A stretch of DNA of 64,000 nt from assembly GCA_030390025.1 (NCBI GenBank), contig CM059432.1:10478001-10542000 (forward strand), read 5' to 3'. The DNA is from Squalus acanthias. Lineage: Eukaryota. A program made the translations under genes and the position numbers. The notes beneath the pieces are model-generated. The model was not told the DNA's origin and made no database searches. It saw nothing but the letters and a program-made list of their open reading frames with translations. How positions within the stretch are numbered: the stretch's first letter is position 1; each line of letters starts with the position of its first letter. Positions 37,783 to 49,864 of this stretch are shown piece after piece.

Positions 37783-38881
37783 ATTTATTGTAAATATACT
37801 TCCACTTTAATGACGAGCTGCAGCCCTTTAAGAACTGCTCCCTTGGTGGATTTTGTGCTCACCAGCCAAATATGCTGCAAGTAAAGCTCTCTGGGCATGT
37901 TTTTAAGAACATAAGAAATAAGAGTACAGCCCCTCGAGCCTGCTCCGCCATTCAATAAGATCATGGCTGATCATCGACCTCAACTCCACACCTGCAGCCT
38001 ATTCAAGTTAAAGGCTCATATTTGCTGGCAACGCATAGGGTCAGTGTGGTCCCTCCTCCTCACCGTAAAGAAATAGAGAGAGAGACACACACATGACCTC
38101 GGCACAAATAGAGGCAAACTTATCCTCATTCTAAATAAAATGAGGGACACACCCCCTCACTCTGAATAAATAGATGTTAGGCGTACACTCAGTACAAATA
38201 GATGGAAGTGGCGAAGATGAGGAATAGAAGCTACAATGGGGAGATAGTCAAGCACAACATTGTTTAACATGAAGAAGTAAAAAGAGCTCTTTTGGGCATT
38301 GCATGGGAGGGAATTTTAACCCCCCGGGCGATTGGTTGGCAGAACGTGTGAGCCTACCGCGAGACGCCCAGTGCAATTTAACGGTCGGGCTTCATTAATG
38401 CAGATCGAGCGAGCTGTCCGCCCGAAATAGGTGCCCAGAGGATGCACACCAGGTTCCGGCTGGCGAATATTCAGCTGGCGGAGACGCCTGGCCGACACTC
38501 GGGTAAGCCATCCGGAGGAGGGGGTTGGGAGGGTTTTGTAAACGTGGAAGTGTGGGTAGACAGGGGCGACAACAGCCTAAAAGTTCTTTGTGGGATCCAA
38601 AGGTACATTCCTGCTCCTCCAAGCCCCACTTGCCTGTGAAGGTCTCCGCTTCTTGCCTGCCAGGTTTCACTGAGTGAACACTCCAACCAGTAGGCCATTA
38701 AAATAGCTTTGGGATCCCATGTGTGTTACAGGACCCCAATTTACATGTATTCACGAGGCTCCCACCTGAGTCAGGCAGGCATCTCAACCACCCAAGAGAA
38801 CAGTAACGTTAAATAGGTCACGGAGGAAGGAAAGAGAGAAAAAGAGTAAGAGAGAAAGAGAGTGAGAGTAAGAGAGATATA

Positions 38882-39835
38882 GGGCTGGATTTTCATAGGG
38901 CCGTGGAGGTGGGTTTGGAGGCGTGTGGGGGGTTAAAATTGCAAAAAGTGGCAGGTGGACCTGATCCCGCCTCCATTCCGCCTCCACGCAATTTTGATAA
39001 AATCGTGTGCGGTGTTCCCGACTCCGTCCCACCTCCAAGAGGCGGGAGAGGCCATTAAAGCCCTTAACAAGCCCTAAATTGGCTCTGTAATGCCATTTTG
39101 AAATGTTTTAGCTAGTTTAACCCTTTTCCGATGTGAAGCACGCCTGATGTGAAACACGCCAGTGAAACCTGGCGGGAGTACAAGTGGATAGCTGACTATC
39201 AGCTGCAGGTCCACTATTACAACGGAGATGTGATGAAGGTAGTAGTAGTATTAGGTCTGAAAGTCGCCTCTGATGCTGCTGCATTGAATGTCTTCAGAGA
39301 CTGCCTGGCCTTTGCTGTGAGAGGACCTGGATGCAAAAAAAATTCTCATTCTCTTTCTCTCTCTCTCTCTGGGCTGGATTTTGAATGACCCATGGAGTCG
39401 GGTTTGGAGGCGTGTGGGGGGTTAAATTTGCGGGGTCGGGGGTCCCGACCCCATCCCAACTCCATCCCGCCTCCACGCAATTTTGACAAAATCAGTCGCG
39501 GGGTTCCCGACTCCGTCCCGCCTCCAAGAGGCGGGAGAGACCATTAAAGCCCTTAACAAGCCCTAAATTGGCTCTGTAATGCCATTTTGAAATGTTTTAG
39601 CTAGTTTAACCCTTTTCTGACGTGAAGTACGCCTGGTGTGAAACACTCCAGTGAAACCTGGCGGAAGCACAAGTGGATAGCTGACTATCAGCTGCAGGTC
39701 CACTATTACAATGGAGATATGATGAAGGTAGTAGTAGTATTAGGTCTGAAAGTCGCCTCTGATGCTGCTGCATTGAATGTCTTCAGAGACTGCCTGGCCT
39801 TTGCTGTGAGAGGACTTGGATGCAAAAAAATTCAT

Positions 39836-39866
<31 letters not shown>

Positions 39867-40430
39867 CCCACCCCCCATCCCATTTTTGCATCCAGGTCCA
39901 CTCACATCAAAATCAAGCCACGCAGGTCCTCTCTCACCAACAGTCTCTGAGACTAGGCAGTCAGCAATGATGACATCATCAGAGGCGACTTTCAGACTGA
40001 AAACACTAATTAGTTCATGGGTTCCCACATGCTGGAACTCAATTGCCCAATTAAGTGAAAATTGCATCATTCATCCACATTAATCTGGAGTCGGGGGGGA
40101 ACCACGAAATGCGGATGACACGACCCCAACCCGACCCCAAGACAAAATCCAGCCCAGTCTGAGCTGCTGCTGCTCATTTTGCATCCAGGTCCTCTCACAG
40201 CAAAGGCCAGGCAGTGTCTGAAAGCCTTCAATGCAGCAGCAATGATGACATCATCAGAGGCGACTTTCAGACTGAAACCACTAATTGGTTCATGGGTTCC
40301 CACATGCTGGAACTCAATTGCCCAATTAAGTGAAAATTGCATCAATGTCCCACATCCAATTGCAGACGGGTGGATAACAGGAAATGCGGATGACACGACC
40401 CCAACCTGCCCCAGTATCAAAATCCAGCCC
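38882..40430. mobile_element. Harbinger-type foldback MITE, family D (outer copy)
   Basis: TIRs GGGCTGGATTTT / AAAATCCAGCCC with TSD ATA (38879-81, 40431-33), inside a GA-rich tract. Confidence 0.88.
39371..40155. mobile_element. Family D MITE nested in its own family member
   Basis: Own TIR pair GGGCTGGATTTTG / CAAAATCCAGCCC. Its left and right halves duplicate the outer halves. Confidence 0.85.
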
Positions 40431-40433
40431 ATA

Positions 40434-40657
40434 GAGTAAGAAAGCAAGAGAGTGAGAAAGAAAAAGAGTGAGAGAGAGAGAGTGTGAGAGAGAACGAGAG
40501 TGAGATAAAGAGTGAGAGAGAGAGAAAAAGAGAGAGAGAAAAAGAGAGCGGAGAAGAGAGAGAAAGAGGGAGAGAGAGGGAGAAAGAGAGAAAGAGGGAG
40601 GGGGAAAGAGGGAGAGAGAAAGAGGAAGGGAGAGAGAGGGGGAAAGAGAGAAAGAAA
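40434..40657. repeat. GA-rich low-complexity microsatellite
   Basis: Purine-rich (GA)n-like tract, continuing 38825-38880. Confidence 0.9.
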
Positions 40658-41639
40658 GATCTTTTACCTCACCTGAGAAAGCAGACGGGGCCTCGGTTTA
40701 AAGTCTCATCCAAAAGATGAGCAGTCAGTGGATTTCAACTCCCGTTCCACCCAGGTTCCCCTGGAAGGAGGGAGTTAAAATTCCCCCTTCGGAGTGAATA
40801 TTTTATGCTTTTTCTGATTAAGCTGGATAACTCGCACATGATTATTTTGCATTCAAAATTGTTACATGTCCTCTCTTCATTTTGCCATCTTTTCAATAGT
40901 TCATTAGGATGTCATTAATGCAGAAGAGTGATGATGCATTTCAAACATTTTAAAGCGTTATGAATATTGTCGGGGCTTTGAACCAAATCTACTTCAACAT
41001 AAGTGCATTTTGGCTTCAAATGGAAATGCAATCAGTCCTGTGCCTGGGTCTGTTTTCTGTGCTGTGTAGTGTCTCTTTGACAGAGTTCCCTATATGTCTC
41101 CAAGTGACTCAGCCCAATAATAAATCCACCAGCCACTGGCAAGCTGGATTTCTGTCAGCTTGACACAGAATATGCTTCCGTTGAACGTTTCATTTACAAT
41201 TTTTGGTTACATCAAGGCCTTTGCAATTTGGCCACAAGCTGGTTAGAACTGAAGCACCTTGAGGGGACCAATTTTAATTGCCCCCTCCCCCACCTGTTGG
41301 CAGTCTGGAAATGTCACTTACCGGCCTGTTTAGGTGGCGGGCCTGATCGCCGCCATCTTGGAAAGGGTCCTGAGATGGGCGGATGCAGCACCTGCCTGTT
41401 TCAAACGGCAGGCTGCTTGTAATATGCAAATCGGCATCCTAAACCGTCCATAGGACCCCCGATTGCAATTTGCTGCCTGCTGAGCCACAAAGGCAAGTCT
41501 GAGCGTAGAGATCAAGGCTCTCCTCTACACCCATGGATCGTGCCACTTCTGTGGTATCTCAGAGTGCAGATGAACACAGGTATAACGATGTACCTGCATT
41601 GTGCATCTACATCATAGAGCCCACTTGGTGGGGGGGGGG

Positions 41640-42240
41640 AGTCAAAAACTAGGGGCCATAAGCATAAGATAGTCACCCCAAAATCCAGTAAGGCATTCAG
41701 GAGAAACTTCTTTTACCCAGAGAGCAGTGAGAATGTGGAACTCGCTACCACAGGGGGCAGTTGAGGCGAATAAAATAGATGCATTTAAGAGGAAGCTGAT
41801 TAAGTACATGAGGGAGAAAGGAATAGAAGGTTATGCTGGTAGGGTGCAATACCACCTAGAAGGACAAGGGCAGCAGGCGCATGGGAACACCACCACCTCC
41901 AAGTTCCCCTCCAAGTCACACACCATCCTGACTTGGAAGTATATCGGCCGATCCTTCATCGTCGCTGGGTCAAAATCCTGGAACACCCTCCCTAACAGCA
42001 CTGTGGGAGAACCTTCACCACACGGACTGCAGCGGTTCAAGAAGGCGGCCCACCACCACCTTCTCAAGGGCAATTAGGGATGGGCAATAAATGCTGGCCT
42101 TGCCAGCGACGCCCGCAGCCTGTGAATAAATAAAATAAACAAAAATATGAAATAGGGTGAGAGGAGACTCGTGTGGAGCATAAACACCGGCATAGACCAG
42201 TTGGGCCGAATGGGCTGTTTCTGCACTGTAAATTCTATGT
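41640..42240 (+). mobile_element. CR1 3' end with a nested 3' end of a second LINE family (41853-42135)
   Basis: CR1 motif MWNSLPQG. The insert (RSFIVAGSKSWNTLP...GGGCAATAAATGCTGGCC) matches 48765-49215. Confidence 0.85.
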
Positions 42241-42824
42241 AAAGCTATGTAGAGCCCCAATGAACGGCACAAAAGTCCCAGGAAATTATGACATAAGTGA
42301 CTTATGCCATTACTCACACCCCGCCATAATTTCCTGTGACTTTTGTGCCACTCTGCCGTTACCCTCGCTGAAACATTATAACTCCCCCATTAAAATCAAC
42401 GGCCATCGCAAATGTGCTGAATAAAAGCTACTTTGATCGCCAGTGCCACCTAGATCATTAGAGAATTGCGCCGGTGGGCTTCTCTAACTTTAGTGAATAC
42501 TGCTACCATTCATTCAAACGCGTACACCCAGGTGTCGTTTGGGTCTTTAGACTTTCTAAGTTGTTTAAATTGCGTGAAACCTGCATCGCCATCAAAACAA
42601 ACCATTGCCTTGGGGGGGATCGGGAGCCCACTCAATCCCTGCTCACAGCTGAGGCGCACAATATTCCGTCACTCATTCTTTTCCCTCTCTGTGAGCAAAT
42701 CTTCCAATTATTCTTGATTTAGACATTAAAAATTAACGCTCGCAACACCAGCCAGGCAGCATCAGAAACTAGTGGATAGAGATTGGACTTGGGTGAGAGC
42801 ACTAAACGGGTGGTATCATTGCAT

Positions 42825-43235
42825 TACATAGGATTACATGGGATATACGGCACAGAAACAGGCCATTCGGCCCAACCAGGCCATACCGGCGTTTATGCTC
42901 CACACGAGCCTCCTCCCGTCTTTCCTCATCTAAATCTATCAGCATAACCCTCTATTCCCTTCTCCCTGATATGCTTGTCCAGCCTCCCCTTAAATGCATC
43001 TATACTATTCGCTTCAACCACTCCCTGTGGTAGCGAGTTCCACATTCTCAGCACTCTCTGGGTAAAGAAGTTTCTTCTGAATTCCCTATTGGATTTCTTG
43101 GTGACTATCTTATATTGATGGCCTCTAGTTTTGCTCTTCCCCACAAGTGGAAACATTCTCTCTCTATCCACTCTATCAAAACCTTTCATAATTTTAAAGA
43201 CCTCTATTAGGTCACCCCTCAGCCTTCTTTTTTCG
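42825..43235 (-). mobile_element. CR1 LINE 3' end
   Basis: ORF 42926-43282. Confidence 0.92.
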
Positions 43236-43727
43236 AAAGTATCACCTCGACCGCTGTTCATACTTACCCCCCCATTCCCCACCGATATTCTGATCTATTG
43301 AAGACAAAGGAACTGAATATCATGCGGGGAGTATAACAGGCAGCAGACACCATACCGCCTGTTCTGCGCAACCGTCCAAGACCAATTTCTACCGCCAGAA
43401 CATTAAAAACGAATGGAAGTTCCCACTCAGGTCAATGCCCGCTTACGTTAACGATTAATCTCAATACATCCTTTGGCGCCACGACCGCTTTGTAGCAGCG
43501 GAGGAATAAAGTACTAAACGCAAATATAACCAAACCTCTCGTTCTGCAAGAAAACTATTGCAAAATACTCAAGCAAAAGAAGACGGTAAAACGGTAGGAA
43601 TTTCCTGGCCACCTTCAGAGATCCTCGTAACCATAATTTTTCCTCAAAGCACAGGTGCCTGAACCCATTGTACAGAATACTTCAAGATTTTGTTTGAAAT
43701 TGACTTATGGGGGAGGGGTGGGGGTGG

Positions 43728-44118
43728 GGGGCAATTTTAACCTAGCCCGTCCGTCGGGAAACTGACGACATCGAGCGCAGCGCTGACTTTACACCCTGCC
43801 CGACGCCCGGGTGGCCCTGGAGATGGAGCACGCGGTGTCCGCCGGCACACTTGAGGCCTTCCGCCACCGGAGGGCGCCGCCGGGACTGGAGTGCATCATC
43901 ACCCCGGCCAATGAAATTTTAATTTAATTTGTTACGGTTTATTTAAAGTTTTATTAGTTACAGTCGTTTTGTTTAATCACCCAAACAAAAGAGTACACCC
44001 TGCCCGATATTACTGTCCGTTGAAGTCAATAGACAGTATCATTGGGCGGGGTATAAAACCGGCGTTGCACCCGATCCAATGGGTTACCCGCCCGGCAAAT
44101 TAGATGAAAATTGCTCCC
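43728..44118. mobile_element. MITE-like element
   Basis: Ends GGGGCAATTTT / AAAATTGCTCCC with imperfect subterminal inverted similarity. Confidence 0.55.
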
Positions 44119-44358
44119 GTTACCCGTTGAACGGAATCTGCTTTTATATTATCGTAAAGGAAGCCGGAGAGGCTGGAGAGGGCACCCTCGCCTCCGCAGA
44201 GACTCACTTAAAAAGAACACTGCAGAAAATGCGTTCATGGTTCAACGCGTGAATACTAAAGCTGGCGGGAGGTGCCGAGATCACCAGACGAAGCCAAGAG
44301 TACGTTGACCTGTGAGTTCTAACTGAGCATGAGGAAGCAACATCTGTCTTTCAGGAAA

Positions 44359-44519
44359 AACAACAGAAAACGCTGGAGAAACCCAGCAGGTCAGGCAGCA
44401 TCCGTGGAGAGAGAAACAGAGAGTTAACGTTTCAGGTCGAAGACTGCTGCCTGGCCTGCTGAGTTTTTCCAGCGTTTTCTGTTGTTATTTCGGATTCCCA
44501 GCATCCGCAGTATTTTGCT
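44359..44519. mobile_element. Hairpin element of a second Penelope-like family with a partial hammerhead
   Basis: 42-bp inverted arms at 44359-44400 and 44445-44486 with an asymmetric 33-nt tail. The spacer reads on the minus strand TCGACCT-GAAA-CGTT. Confidence 0.65.
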
Positions 44520-45052
44520 ATCATATCTGTCTTTTAGGAGTGTGACCAGGGCCAAGGAACAAGCTTTAATCCACTTCAAAGTGGAAGGAACACGACTGCT
44601 ATCAACAGATGAATGGGAAGATTACCGGGCGGGAGATGAAAGGAAGAAACAAATCGCTGATAAGATAAAGGCAGAAGTTGGAGGCTTTAAATTGAATGTC
44701 AAGATAGCATTTAAATGCCAGTTAAATCATATGGTACTGCACCACAGGGGGACAATCCTGGCCTTGGTAGGAGGACAAATGAGTTGTTACTGGGATTAGG
44801 TAACTGAGCTTTGAGGAAAAAGTATGGTTACTAAGAATGTTTATATTGGAAAAAGATGGTTTGAGATACTTAGGTACTGACTGTCTGGTAATCTCCCTCC
44901 ATGCTACTTATAACCACTGAGTTCTGGAGCATCCTGTCTTGGGTTCTTACCCTTACCCTCTCCTTACCCTTATCTCTGCTGGCAGTACAGCCACGGGAGC
45001 ATCCTTGACTTTGGGGGCTCTAGTGTCACAGCAGATGCTCTTAACATTCAAC

Positions 45053-45386
45053 TGTGAGTCAACCTCCTCCCTTGAATGGTTCACAACGACACACTTTGAG
45101 TAAGCGCGAGACACTTGATGTGGAGTATATGGAACAGACTTTATTGATATCTAGTACAGGTGATCGATCTATACTGTACACAGAGAGTGGCTTTCGGTTT
45201 CTGGTTCTATCTTCCAAGCCCTCTGAAGAACTGTTGAAAACTTTACTCCTTTATACATCTTATTTTGTCTATTTCAAAGGTACATGTCACGGATAAGACC
45301 TCATGATATATCTGTTCCTGAATCCTTAGAACACAGTCTATTTACATAAACAGTTGTAGTTGTTTACTTCAAAGATACTTCTCTCA
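45053..45386 (-). mobile_element. Possible short solo LTR
   Basis: TGTGAG...CTCTCA termini and a minus-strand AATAAA (~45140). TSD imperfect. Confidence 0.35.
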
Positions 45387-45432
45387 AACAAGACTTCCTG
45401 ACTTAACTGTTCTTGAATCCTTTGAAGAGTAG

Positions 45433-47106
45433 GGGGGAAAAATTTGTGTTCGCCAGCAACTGCAGTTAACGGCCGCTGGAAATGGCCACAAAGCTAACCA
45501 AGTAAAATTGGTCTGGGGGTGTGCGTGGAGGTAGGTGGTGCACTGCTCACCTTCCATGTTGGTGGCGTTGCTGGAGGGATCCGAGATGAAGTTCCTGCCC
45601 AGGTCCGGCGTTGCAGCCTCTGAAAGCGAAGCTGTAGAGCTCACGAGGAATTGTGCGTAATGAAGAGGTCTGTGAATTAAAGGGGCCATGCACACTGAAG
45701 CAATACAAAATAAAATGCAGTGAATCAAAACATTTTTCAGCCCTTTCTGCCTTTTAAAAAATATCCAACATTTAAAAGAAGTTCCAAATGTGAATATTCA
45801 GCTCTTAAAGCTGAATTACCTTCCTAACCTCAACAAATGGGAAAACTGCCTCAGCACTAACACAAATGGCTCAGCAAGCCAGGGAAGGGGCACCCATGGT
45901 CTCACACGCGGCACTCCAGCTTTGTGCAGGGGGTCAACACTGCAAGAGTGGCCCTCTACCCACAGGGGCCAGGAGGCCGTCCAGAAAGCACGATGTGGGA
46001 GTACATCACTAAGACCGTCACTGCCACCACCTGGCTCCAGTGCCCAAAGAAGCTTCATGACCTCAGACCACTGGTCAAGGTCAATGAATGCATCTTCAAA
46101 AGCCGTCACTTACCAACTGCACCACTAGCCTCACACACTGCTCAATGCACAACCCCCAATCACTCACCTACCAACAATCTGCACCAATGACGAGGCACAT
46201 TCCTAGCCTCACCTCATCCCCTTGGAGGAGACAGTGCAGGCCATTCTTGGCAGGGGCACGGTTGAGCCCTTGGCCAGCAGCGGGGCTGAAAGAATACAAG
46301 ATGCTGGTATCCTCCTACGTTGTCCTCCTCCTGGCATGCACCTCCAGGTTTCCTGCCCTCCAGTCAGCACAACTCCACCCTTGTGCCTTCCTCATTTCAC
46401 ACACCCAAGAAATGCAGCCTGCCCAGCCAGTGGGACCACAGGCGGATGATTCCATCCCGGATATCCTGGCCACAAAGGAGCTGTCTGGGATGCATCCTTC
46501 CATCTGATTCCTCCTCTTCGGCTTCCTCCTCTTCTGTGTCTTCCTCTTCCCTCTGCAAGTGGATGCTGTAAATGTGAAATGACAGCATAAAATGCTGGAA
46601 ATACTCAGTCGGTCAGGCAGCATGTCGACCTGAGACGTGAACTTTGTTTTTCTCTCCACGGATGTTGCGTGACCTGCTGAGTATTCGCAGCATGTTCTGT
46701 CTTCTCAAGGACCGTCATTTACCATCTGAGCCCTTGCAAGCATCCAGCAGCACTCCTACACACTTAAAAAAAAAAATTCACCTGACTTCACCTGACGAAG
46801 GAGCAGCGCTCCGAAAGCTTGTGATTTCAAATTAAACTGTTGGACTATAACCTGGTGTTGTGCGACTTCTCACATTTGTCCACCCCAGTCCAACACCGGC
46901 ATCTCCACATCTTGGTGAAGTTAAGTCGGCGTTGCACGCGGATTGACGTCACAATGCTGCCATTTTTTTTCCAGCAGCGCAAAGGGGGAGAGGAATATGG
47001 CGGCTGTTGTGGGACCCGCCACCAGCTGGCGAAAGCGCAGCGGCCACCATTTTATCGCCATTTCATGGCGCTACGGAGTGTCAGTAAGGAGATAAATTTC
47101 TAGCCT
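45433..47106 (+). mobile_element. Harbinger-derived element, family A, copy 2
   Basis: Reverse-complement homologue of 2045-3696 with probable TSD TAG. Myb/SANT-like remnant in ORF 45924-46190 (MWEYITKTV..TWLQCPKKLHDL). Confidence 0.85.
46784..46910 (+). mobile_element. Solo Penelope terminus with intact hammerhead motif (46788-46824) and tail
   Basis: TCAC-CTGACGA-A-GGAGC agc GCTCC-GAAA-GCTT-GTGA ... GTCCACCCCAGTCCAACACCGGCATCTCCACAT. Absent from copy 1 of the host element. Confidence 0.88.
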
Positions 47107-47544
47107 TAGGTTTATTAACCGCTGATCTTTCCATAATATAGTTAACGGATCCCTCTGCCTACGTTTATTACACTAGCCACTAAAGTTATGCCTTAATCAC
47201 TCATGCTTGGTGTCTTTCCAGTCACTCATTTCCTTGCACAAGCATTTCTCATAGATAATAAGCTGACATCAAAAGCAGAAGACAAGCCATGCTTTCTTCT
47301 CATGGCGCGCCAACGCTATCTTGTTTATCTTGGAAAGCCTGTTGTTCCAAGATACAAGGAAGTTTAATTATTAACCCTTAACTCTCCAAGATGTCCAACA
47401 GATGCCCACGATGCTCCTCCTTCTGCCACCTCGAGGTCTTCTCATATTTGATGCGATTCTGGCCCCCTTTAAGCAGCTGCAGCCTTTTAATTGTTGCAGC
47501 ACCAACGCATTTCCCTCTCCGGAGTGAGAAAACCGACCTGTGGT

Positions 47545-47838
47545 ATGGTAGCATAGTGGTCATGTCACTAACCCAGTCAGGCGTGAGTTCAATGGCAGTT
47601 TGAGAATGAGCATTCAGGTTTTTTTTTTAATCTGGAAATCCATTTTTTTTAAAGCTGCTATCAGTAAAAGTGAACATGGAGCTGCTAGATTATTGTAAGA
47701 ATCTAACTGGTTCACCAATGTCCTTTAGGGCAGGAAACCTGCCGTCCTTACCTGGTCTGGCCTTTATATGACTACAGTCCTACACCCATGTGGTTGACTC
47801 TTAACTTCTCTCTGAAGTGGCTTAGCAAGCCAGTCAGT
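47545..47838 (+). mobile_element. Degenerate tRNA-derived SINE of a second family
   Basis: A-box-like TAGCATAGTGG and B-box-like GAGTTCAA, with a body unrelated to the Deu-SINE. Confidence 0.5.
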
Positions 47839-47904
47839 TGTTTCCTACATTACAATAGTGACTACACTTCAAAAGTACTGTCCGTAGCTGAAAGCTGCTG
47901 TAAA

Positions 47905-48373
47905 AATAAAGACTTGCATTTATATAGTGCCCTTTCACAACCTCAGGACGTCTCAAAGCACTTTACAGCCAATTAAGTACTTTTTGAAGTGTCATCACTG
48001 TTGCAATGTAGGAAACGCGGCAGCCAATTTGTGCACAGCAAGCTCCCACAAACAGCAAGGTGATAATGACCAGATAATCTGTTTTTTGTGATGTTGATTG
48101 AGGGATAAATATTGGCCAGGACACCGGGGATAACTCCCCTGCTCTTCTTCGAAATAGTGCCATGGGATCTTTTACGTCCACCTGAGAGAGCAGACAGGAC
48201 CTCGGGTTAACGTCTCGTCTGAAAGACGGCACCTCCGACAGTGCAGCGCTCCCTCAGCACTGCACTGGAGTGTCAGCCTAGATTTTTGCACTCAAGCCTC
48301 TGGAGAGGGACTTGACCCGACAATCCTACTGACTCAGAGGCGAGGGTGCTACCCACTGAGCCACAGCTGACAC
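47905..48373 (-). mobile_element. Full-length Deu-domain SINE
   Basis: Head, core and tail. Confidence 0.9.
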
Positions 48374-48764
48374 TCCAAAATGCAAGTCTTTCTTTCTTTC
48401 TGCATCGAACCAGGGAAACCAGGGATGGGCAATAAATGTCGGTCTTCACAGCAATGCCCACATCCTGAGAATGCAAAAAAAAATTAGACCACCCCCCGAA
48501 AATTATGTGGGCAGAAGTCCCACTCCTTAATTTCCCAGTGGGCAGAGGAGAATCCAGCCCCATGACTCAGTAATACTCCAGGGAGGGCCTTTGCCCACTG
48601 AAGATTTGGCTTTAAGTTTCCCCTGATTATACAAAATTTATAGCAAATGCAGTTGAATCGCAATTATAAAATACATTTGACGGCAAGTGCATGACACTGC
48701 AGCTTTAAACACAAATAGTTGCTACATTACAACCGTGACTACACTTCAAAAAGTACTTCGTTGG

Positions 48765-49215
48765 CATGCAAGACAAAGCAGCCCGTTTGATTGGCACCCC
48801 ATCCACCACCTTAAACATTCACTCCCTCCACCACCGCGCGTACCGTGGCTGCAGTGTGTACCATCTACAAGATGCACTGCAGCAACTCGCCAAGGCTACT
48901 TCGGCAGCACCTCCCAAACCCGTGACCTCTTCCACCTAGAAGGACAAAGGCAGCAGGCGCATGTGAACACCGCCACCTCCAAGTTCCCCTCCAAGTCACA
49001 CACACCATCCTGATTAGAAGTATATCGGCCGTTCCTTCATCGTCGCCGGGTCAGAATCCTGGAACTCCCTCCCTAACAGCACTGTGGGAGAAACCTTCAC
49101 CACACGGACTGCAGCGGTTCAAGAAGGTGGCTCACCACCACCTTCTCAAGGGCAATTAGGGATGGGCAATAAATGCTGGCCTTGCCAGCAACGCCCAGAT
49201 CTGAGGAACGAATTT
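48765..49215 (+). mobile_element. 3' end of a second CR1-group LINE family, inserted in a SINE tail
   Basis: QDKAARLIG..SLHHR..AAVCTIYKMH..SWNSLP-like translation. Second copy at 41853-42135. Confidence 0.75.
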
Positions 49216-49864
49216 AAAAAAGCGCTTTGGGACGTCCGGTGGTCATGAAAGGCGTTGTAGAAATGCAAGACTTTTCTTCCTTTTTCGTTTCTCAGCCATA
49301 ACAGGAGGCGTTAAGCTGCAATAAATACCACTTCTCCTCAGATGAGAACCACATGAATTGGGCATTCAAATGAATCCAATTTGTCCTCCGAGTCCTTTAC
49401 ACGGTGTCAAATTTTTGTCTGATAACGCTCCTATTTAGCGCCTTGGGACATTTCTGCCACGCTATATTAAATGCAACTTGCTGATAGTGCAATACATGCC
49501 CCTTTGTTGTCCACTCATATAGCAAGTGCCCCTCAGTTGACTCCTGAAGACACAGCAGAGGTGAAGATTAAACACATTTTGAAGGTGCTAATACTGTCCA
49601 CATTTTCAGCTACAGAAACTGAGAGTTGCAACTGTCAAGATCCCTTCAACTTTCAATGCTTGCTCGCTGTCAAACTGAAAACAATAAGGTATTTTCACTG
49701 TGTGAAGCTTGTTGAGATGTTCTGATGACTTGCTGAGATATTGTCTAAGTTCTCAAGTGGTACTTCCATATATAATTCTTTAATCGTGCTGTGCACACAA
49801 CACAAAAGCAAATGTGCACGCTGGCTGGCAAAGATCTGTACCGGCCCACAATAGCAACACTTAC

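Noticed and set aside
40484..40720. Glu/Arg-rich ORF
   Set aside because: Translation of a GA microsatellite.
38305..40788. A further outer MITE enclosing the nested pair (GGGAATTTTAAC...GTTAAAATTCCCCC)
   Set aside because: The termini are compatible, but there is no TSD and an intervening SINE fragment. They may be ends of separate elements.
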